Positions 56,227-64,000 of a stretch of DNA of 64,000 bases are shown here, piece by piece. A program made the translations under genes and the position numbers. How positions within the stretch are numbered: position 1 is the stretch's first letter; the number at the start of each line of letters is the position of its first letter. The notes under the pieces were generated by a model. It did no database searches and was not told the DNA's origin. It worked only from the letters and a program-made list of their open reading frames with translations. The DNA comes from Ruditapes philippinarum (lineage: Eukaryota), in contig NW_026860085.1 of the NCBI RefSeq assembly GCF_026571515.1, forward strand, positions 248,001-312,000. Reading direction: 5' to 3'.

Positions 56227-58361
56227 GTTTTTCTATATAGCTTGATCAAATGTTCATAAAATACAACTGTTTCTGACCACTATAACTATTTCAAATGATT
56301 AAAGATTAACTCAATGCTACATAACTTCCGCCTTCAAATAACAAACTAGTTTGCTGTCCAGGAAGTTTAGAAGTTTTATTCCGAATTAGGTCTTATAGTT
56401 TATTTTAATCGATATGTCGCGCATAACATTTATAAATCTTAAAAGTTTAACGAGTTGTAGCGAAACCGGGTATCTGGGCTTGTATACCAAGTTGTTAACC
56501 GGTCGATACAGCTCAACAAAAAGGAAGATAAAATACACCTATATGTTAAATATAACTGTTTACCAAGGATACCATATCTTTATGGGGAGTTTTAAGATTG
56601 CACCATGTGCCCTGCTTTTAATGTTGCGCACAGCCCGCTTTACAATGTACAGATAGATTGTTTAGGCTACCATGTTGGTGGAATGATTTATTTAATCTGC
56701 GCGACATGCTACTTTATATTATTTTTATTTATCTTTTTTTGTTTTTGTTTCTTTTTTGTTTTTTTATTGTTGTTTTCTTTTCAATAAGAAATTGAAATGA
56801 GAAATATATCAATCATTTTAGGCTTGAAACAGTCTGTAAATGTTACCTTTTGATTATGCAATGAAAATAACGTTACATACAATATCCCGAAGTTGACTAA
56901 ATCTGCTATGGTCGCCATTGTATGTTGACCAGTTATTTTTTCACGTTTCTATTTTCTAATCTTGACGCAATTTATGTTATCTTTTACTAAATATTTACTT
57001 TCCGATTCATTGATTGATTAACTAATTGATTTATTAATGATAAGAAAAATTTAGATTCTTCACAGTCGTCTGTTATTTAAGATAAGTTGTTGTAACTTTT
57101 TATACAAAGAACTAGGGAACATTTCGGCATACACCTACGAAAGATCGGCGGGGACATTTAACTTCATGAATTCACGATTTTAACTTCACGTATTCACGAT
57201 TTCAACTTAACGCATAGAAATTTGTTCACGTTTTGAACTTCACTTTGCATGTGATCAGCAAAATATAAAAGTAATTATTATTTTATTACAATATTTTATC
57301 AAAAATGGGATCCATATGTGAACAATGGCTTGCTTTTTTGCCCTTAAACCATTATTAAAATTATAGTGATTTAGTATGGTTTTGTATAACAAACTAAAGT
57401 ACTTTTATGACAAATTATTTCACACTGTAGATTTCTTCCATTTTTCAGATGATAAGCGTTTGCCATGGTCTAAATCGATATTTGAAATATTTTAAGACGC
57501 ACGATTGTCTTCTCTTAAGAAAATCTGTAGTCATTTCTAAGGGTTGAATGTGCTTTGAGTGGGGACACCCTTTATTATTCATGATACGAAACTAACGGAA
57601 GCATTATAACACTGTCAACTAATAGGTATAACTTTAACACAATAAACGATTGATTCAAATGAACAAAATGTAACGAAATAAGGAAGTAATTCAGTCTTAA
57701 ATCTATAAGACCCAAAAAGGCTTTTTTATTTCTCGGTGTCCTGATACGGTTTCAAAAAAAAACAAAAAAAATTAAAGTCATCTTTTGCTTCTCTGTACAT
57801 TATGTATATTGTTATAGTCAATAGGCTTGAACTGCAATATTTTCACATCAACCAGTATGTTTAAATTTAATATTAAAGGATTATTTACAACATGTTTTAA
57901 CCTTCTGTAGCCATTTTTTTTTTCTTTAATGACGGTTACATCTTATTTTTTGCATCTTATTTTTTGCGATATTTCAAAATGTTTTCACGCTTACTGCTGT
58001 TACACTGGGATGTACGGAAGACTGATTGGGGCATCATAATGAAAGAGATGATGTAGTTTCCACCCGCTCTGTCAACACATTCCTCCCAGTAAAAGTGCTC
58101 AATTTCTAACTTTACATGTTTTTCTTGGTACAAGTCGAAAAAAAATGATAACAAAACAACAAGCAATGGGTTCAAATAATTCATGGTATGTTCCAATTTT
58201 ATACAAAAGGTGTTAATTAGTATGGGAAGGCATTGAGATGATTTTGTAACCACGTGGCAGCTGAAACGGTTCCATGTTTTCTATCCGACAGCACGTTTCC
58301 TGCCACAGTTCTTCGAAGTTCAACTTTGAGGATAAGTGGAAAACTATGTTCCATATTATAT

Positions 58362-58569
58362 GAGCCGCGCCACGACAAAACCAACGTATTGCGTATTTGC
58401 ATCCGCGCAGTCTGATCAGGATCCATGCTGTTCGCTATCAGTTTCTCTACTTTTAATAGTGTTTGTAAGCGAACAGCATGGATCCTGATCAGACTGCGCG
58501 GATGCGCAGGCTGGTCTGGATCTATGCTGGTCGCAAACCCATTATGTTGGTTTTGTCGTGACGCGGCTG
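58362..58569. mobile_element. Palindromic MITE, copy 12 (left arm partly deleted)
   Basis: ATAT TSD; 17 nt after the ENPP6-like stop codon. Confidence 0.88.
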
Positions 58570-58586
58570 ATATGCTTTAGTAAATA

Positions 58587-61500
58587 TTAAAGTTCTGAAT
58601 GTCGATTCACAAATATGTCCTTCACATCTGACCACGTGCCATTGTTTGGGTTCGCTTTTATACCTGTCACGTGACATATGATTTGATATACATTGACATT
58701 GTTGAAAGGTCTTGCTGTATATTTCTTTCTAAAGTCTGAAAATAAAAAATATGTATATTTAATTATTTATCTTGAAATGAAGTGTTTGGTCTACCGCTAA
58801 CAATAAAAAATACCCTAACTATTTACGCAGCACTTAAAGCGTTAGGCAAAGATAAATAAGAAACTGTTCCTGGTTAACCGCAGTTATATCTTCTATGCTT
58901 ACGCAAGGACATTTATTTCAACACTTAACGTTATGTGGCGCAGAGGGGACATTTTTATTTACCACGTGCGCACGGATTACCTTTCACGTGCGAATCCGGT
59001 TATCCCAGCCCTAACCCTTGCAGTTAACGCGTGTCCCAATAATGTTTGACACGTGCACAACGTACACACGTGGAAGTAAATACACTCACCTAAATTAATT
59101 GTCTGTACAATAATGTGATAAACAGCGAATATTAAATGATGGTTTTATATCACTCGAGTTGATTGCTCACGAGCCCGCAACAAGAATTTGAACGAAATAG
59201 AATGAATTTTCCCCTTTCATAGACTTATCATGTTGTAATGACACGCGTTTGAATACACTTGACGTCAATAAGGGCGCGAATATATGTATACCCACTTTAC
59301 AACAACGGTCTCGTTATCAATTTTGAAACTAAAACATTATTCAGAATTTATGGAAACACTAAATTATAAATAATATGCTTTTATAATGTTAGTTTCATTA
59401 ATTTACATCGATGTTATGACATGCTTTGCAAGTCTGAATATAAATATACTTGTTCCTTTTCGGTTTCCCTTTTTATACACGCAAGTAGTCCCATATAACG
59501 CAGGCTGGTCGAGCATTACAAATCACGGGATAAAAACCATTTTGAGAGGTTTATAGAACTCAAATTTGATTGAATGTAACGATTTTTTAACTCTAAAAAC
59601 GTCATTTTTTCGATGTTACTAAAAAACACATCAGAAAAATAAGGGTTTTAGAAACGAGACATCTACATTAAAAATCGTTATATTCAATCAAATTTGAGTC
59701 CTCAAATCTCTCAAATGGTTGTTATCCCGCAACAAAGTGCATATGATACAAACTACATGTAAATTGAATACAATGAATAAGGAAACCGATTTTCTTATTT
59801 CTCCAGTTGAAAATGAGGAAATTTAGGGTATATATAATGGGAATAAAGATTAAAACACTCGAGCAGGTGATAGATCGAATTTCTCTGACCAGTGCCCTTT
59901 CTGTGCCACCATAATTGTATGAATGTTGTATATACTTATGATAACATTCTGTAAAATATAGAAAAAAATGATATGAGGAACGTACCTGGTCCATAAGCAA
60001 GAAATATTGATCTCATATCATGATCGTCATTATCGAAACCATGGTTACCTAACATTATATTGTTTATACTGTCAAAATAACCTGTTGGAGATCTCGGCTT
60101 TATGAAATAGAAATATGTAATTCAAATAAATAATAACACATAACATTAAATCTGTAAGGTCTGCTGGTAAATTATATGTTAGGGAATATACGGGAAGTAT
60201 AAACAGGAATATTCTGAGACTTGGAACGATGTGATGTATATATGTTGTTAAATGTCTGAAGTTGAGAAAACAATTATCACCAAAATTATTCTTCTTGTAC
60301 GGCCATTTTATGAAGAAAGTAAAGGAAGGGGCCTATTGAAATATCATATTTTCTTGGCATTTCATTTTTCAAAAAGCATTTCATATAAACTCAAAATGTA
60401 TTATAAATAAACTAGCAAGTATTTGTATAAAAATGATAAATAAAAATGTATTTGATACAAAATCAATATTACATTGCAAGTCTACTTATATTATGTTTTT
60501 TCTGTGTTTGTTTCCCCCTTTTTTCCACNNNNNNNNNNNNNNNNNNNNNNNNNNNNNNNNNNNNNNNNNNNNNNNNNNNNNNNNNNNNNNNNNNNNNNNN
60601 NNNNNNNNNNNNNNNNNNNNNNNNNNNNNNNNNNNNNNNNNNNNNNNNNNNNNNNNNNNNNNCCTAGCAGTAATTTTCAAAAGGGTGATATAAACGATTA
60701 CTTGCGATATAACACACATATTACGGTGCATGTTATGTAAGCTTGCAACCCATCATATACTGGGCAATATAACCTAATATAATATATATTATAACTAGAA
60801 ATATACCATGCAGTAGAGAAACTAACATGAACAATAAACCATCCTTTATCTACAGTTAGATATATAGGTGGAATGAGACTGTGCTTCTTGAAAAACCACC
60901 TGTTTATTATTTCCTCCCTGTAGTACACGTGCATGTGACGATGATATAGTTTTAACTTGTCATACACCTGTAAACATTAATACAAACAAATCTCTGAATA
61001 TGATAAACAAGATGTATTTGCCTGCACATGTATTACAAATTGCATGTTTGATAATATGACAGGACTTGTTATTAAAGACAACTGGTCATATGTAAATATA
61101 AGTATGGAAATTAGATAAATTGCAATAACAAGGAAATATACGCTTTTTAAAATGATAATACATGTAATAAAGATTTCAGACTTTTTCAAACTTATAATGA
61201 GCAATACGCATTTTAGATAAATGAAATTTCTAATGACAGATAAGCACAAATTACTGTTATAGATACATGATATATATCAGTACAGTGTACATCAGTAACA
61301 ATATATCAGTAACAAATATCTTACATATTTTCCTTTGCCCTCTTGTGGCCATATATAGACTTGTGTTCCACCTTCGGTAATTTCTTTAATTGACGCCATA
61401 TCTAGAGCTTCTGTTATATTAATCTTGTGAAGTCTATCTATAGATGACATCCCGTGATCAGACACAACTATTGCATCTACATCTACCTGCTTATTAGTTT

Positions 61501-63248
61501 CTATTATATCCAATAGTTTACCAACATGACCGTCCACTTCTTCTACCGCATCATGAACTTCCTTTGAACTTGGACCATGTAAATGTCCCATTGAATCCAC
61601 AGTTTCATGATAAATATCTACATAAAGTTCTGGTATATTTAGATTATCAACATAATGATAGTAAACCAAAAAAACACAAGAGACACAAAGAAGAAGAGGT
61701 TTTCTACAAAGACAACCTGCAGCATGACACTGACTATATCATACAGTGATATTTGCATAGTTAACAAGTACACAGTGCAGTGGGACAATGCTTGACAGAA
61801 AATATTATATATGAAGGAAAACATCATTTTCTTTCACCATGCAGTAGTATACATGTGTACAAGAGAGGAAGATTCAAAGAACAAATCTCCTATAGCACAA
61901 CCATAAAGATAAGTACATCAACACAATACACAAAGAGCCACAAACAGGCTCAAACTTATCAGTCAGTGACTACAAACCATTATAATAATACTGGTACACT
62001 GAAAAAATCTGCTTAATTTAAAACTGATTAAAACAACAAAGACAGTGTGACAGATGAAAGAAGGAGGAAGGAGAGTGGCTCAGGGGTGATTGAAAATGCA
62101 AACCTTGGAAGAAAACGGAAACTAAAAATAAGACATTATAAATATGTTAAAGTAAAAATGAATCCATGTTCCGCAGTGAAATAGTGATTTTATTTTCTAC
62201 GTAAAATGCTTTAATATTAAACGCTCTACAAATATAATGATAATAGAAATATGTATGATACATACACGCTATATCCAAGTTATTGTTCCTCATCTTATCA
62301 AGAGCATCAGCGATTGCCCAGTCTGTTTCTTCTCTAGTTGGAATATGTGTATACGGCAGACAGAATGTTGGAACAGTCCCGTTTATTTTTATATTACATC
62401 CTCTCACGAAATAAAGACCCGTTCGTATACCCTACATAACAAAATCAAATACTCAATAATAATCATGTTGTTTTAAATGGTTTATGTCTGACACTCATTA
62501 TCAGGGTCTTTCAAATAGAATTTTGTTTGAAAGGTCATGCAGAAATAGAGGATATTGAATGAAAGTAGGTTAAACGATTTGAACAGAATTATATAATCCG
62601 AGCCTCTGGCGAGCATAATATTATTTTATACGGCGAGTCCAAGAAATTAAAGCTATACAAATTCAATATTCTTTTGATCACATATCCAAGTCAAAACTGT
62701 TTATAATAGAAAGAACAACTGTTGCATTGACGTGCCAATAAAGTCACGCTTACATTTAGCGCATCCAAGGTTTCGCTATGTTTGTATTACGCAAATGACG
62801 TCACGTCAAAATCTTTATGTTTGTATAACGCAAATGATGTCACGTCAAAATACATAATTATGCACGACCGTGCAATACCGTTTTTACGGAGTCGCAAAAC
62901 TGGACATGTTGCGAAGAAACTTGAAGTTTGAAATAATATTTTTGCACAACAGTATAACAAATGTTATATCAATAGTTTCAATGACCCCTGCTTAATATAA
63001 GTTTGGCAGAACCATACATCATGCATTTTGCAGATTATAACGCGGTACTTGTTGCACGTGATTCTTTGAGTTATAATTATGTAGTAAAATAATCACCTGT
63101 TTTTCAGCTGTTGTGAAGAATGATTCTGATTTGCTCCACCATGCTGGATCAAAACTTGCTTCATTATCAAGTGAGAGTTTAAAGTGATTACCTGACGTTT
63201 CGTCATACATATAGTTACCTACCATTCCATGATTCTCCACGTGCAAAC
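58587..63248 (-). CDS. ENPP6: Ectonucleotide pyrophosphatase/phosphodiesterase family member, ENPP6-like; the 5' exon(s) lie beyond the window. Exons: 63248-63097, 62431-62266, 61617-61325, 60967-60827, 60097-59986, 58735-58587
   Basis: Motifs HGMVGNYMYD, PAWW, GCNIKINGTVPTFCLPY, the metal-ligand motifs IYHETVDSMGH, VSDHGM and GNHGFDN, then DMRSIFLAYGPDF and PNNGTWS. Phases join. The catalytic nucleophile exon is not in the window, so the subfamily call is tentative. Confidence 0.8.
59526..59729. mobile_element. Palindromic MITE-like element
   Basis: CGGGATAAAAACCATTTTGAGAG...CTCAAATTTGATTGAAT arm, inverted at ATTCAATCAAATTTGAG...CTCTCAAATGGTTGTTATCCCG. Confidence 0.72.
60529..60662. other. 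Assembly gap in an ENPP6-like intron
   Basis: Run of N; the flanking exons still join in phase. Confidence 0.99.
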
Positions 63249-63926
63249 CTGTAGTTTATAATGTTTATTATACACACATATATATAATTTATATCAGCCA
63301 AAATAATTATATCAAGAGGTAAAACAGTAATTATTTATGACATTATATATCTGTGCATATTGAAATACAGAAGGAATATCAGCATTATTTACGAGTCAGC
63401 AGCCCTTTCCTAATCTTATGACGTTTTGTAAAAAGGACTGCAGGGTCCAAAGTTATAATTAAAATATTCTCTTAGCTCAAACTCAGATCTGTGGTATCTG
63501 ATTGGTGTGAAACGTTGTATGGAAATGACTAATGTATATCTTATATGTAGATTAATTTTAAGTCCCACGACTCAATAAAAAGAACAAACGGTTATTTTGT
63601 ATTTTGTATTTCTATGTAGTATTTTTGTACAGATTTATATTTTGACAGCTAATTTGAATTTATTTTAGAAATATATTAAGCTCTTGTGAAAGACATGTAT
63701 ACACGCGATGTAAAAATTGGATAATTATGACTAAAACGATTAATTCATTGCTTCAAAATTTTTGTATTGCATTGTCTTTACATAATACAGGCTATAAGGA
63801 AAATCCCCGATTTCAGAGAATTGTAAAGCTACGAGGTATATAACTGTTAAAGCAGCACGCTAAAAGGTAACCAAAAGGAACCAGTTTACATATAATCAAT
63901 GGCACATACAAACCACGTACTTTACT

Positions 63927-64000
63927 AACAAGAGCTGTCCGTAAGACAGCGCGCTCGACTTTTTTATTGCTTGCCAATAAAAAAAGTTTTTGCAGTAAAA
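63927..64000 (-). mobile_element. 3' end of a Helentron-associated element of the 31289-32093 family, truncated by the window edge
   Basis: AACAAGAGCTGTCCGTAAGACAGCGCGCTCGACTTTTTT is the reverse complement of 32055-32093. Confidence 0.85.

Overview
AT-rich, intron-containing animal genomic DNA. The repeat families suggest a bivalve mollusc, which is an inference. Five spliced protein-coding genes were reconstructed by hand from GT-AG sites and exon phases. They are a SNAPC2/SNAP45-like gene (-), a 420-aa GSK3 kinase (+) head-to-head with it, LRRC58 (-), MyD88 (-) and the 3' part of an ENPP6-like phosphodiesterase (-). There is also a tRNA-Arg(TCG) gene, 12 copies of a palindromic ~235-bp MITE, several non-autonomous hAT/pogo/Kolobok/Helentron-type elements, two large minisatellites and two N gaps. 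The strongest finding is in GSK3: the 111-nt exon encoding the ATP-site hinge is tandemly duplicated (4a/4b). Both copies are intact and differ at 16 synonymous and 5 replacement codons. The 496-nt intron between them can fold into a multibranch RNA structure that brings the 4a donor close to the likely 4b branch point, a candidate structure-enforced mutually exclusive splicing switch. Other notable items are an ENPP6-like protein ending in the KDEL-like HSEL instead of a GPI signal, a stop-free in-frame MyD88 intron inside the TIR domain, a basic MyD88 tail, a uORF cluster on GSK3, and a small TG..CA-bounded element carrying a tRNA-like sequence. All homology calls come from recalled family motifs, not from database searches.
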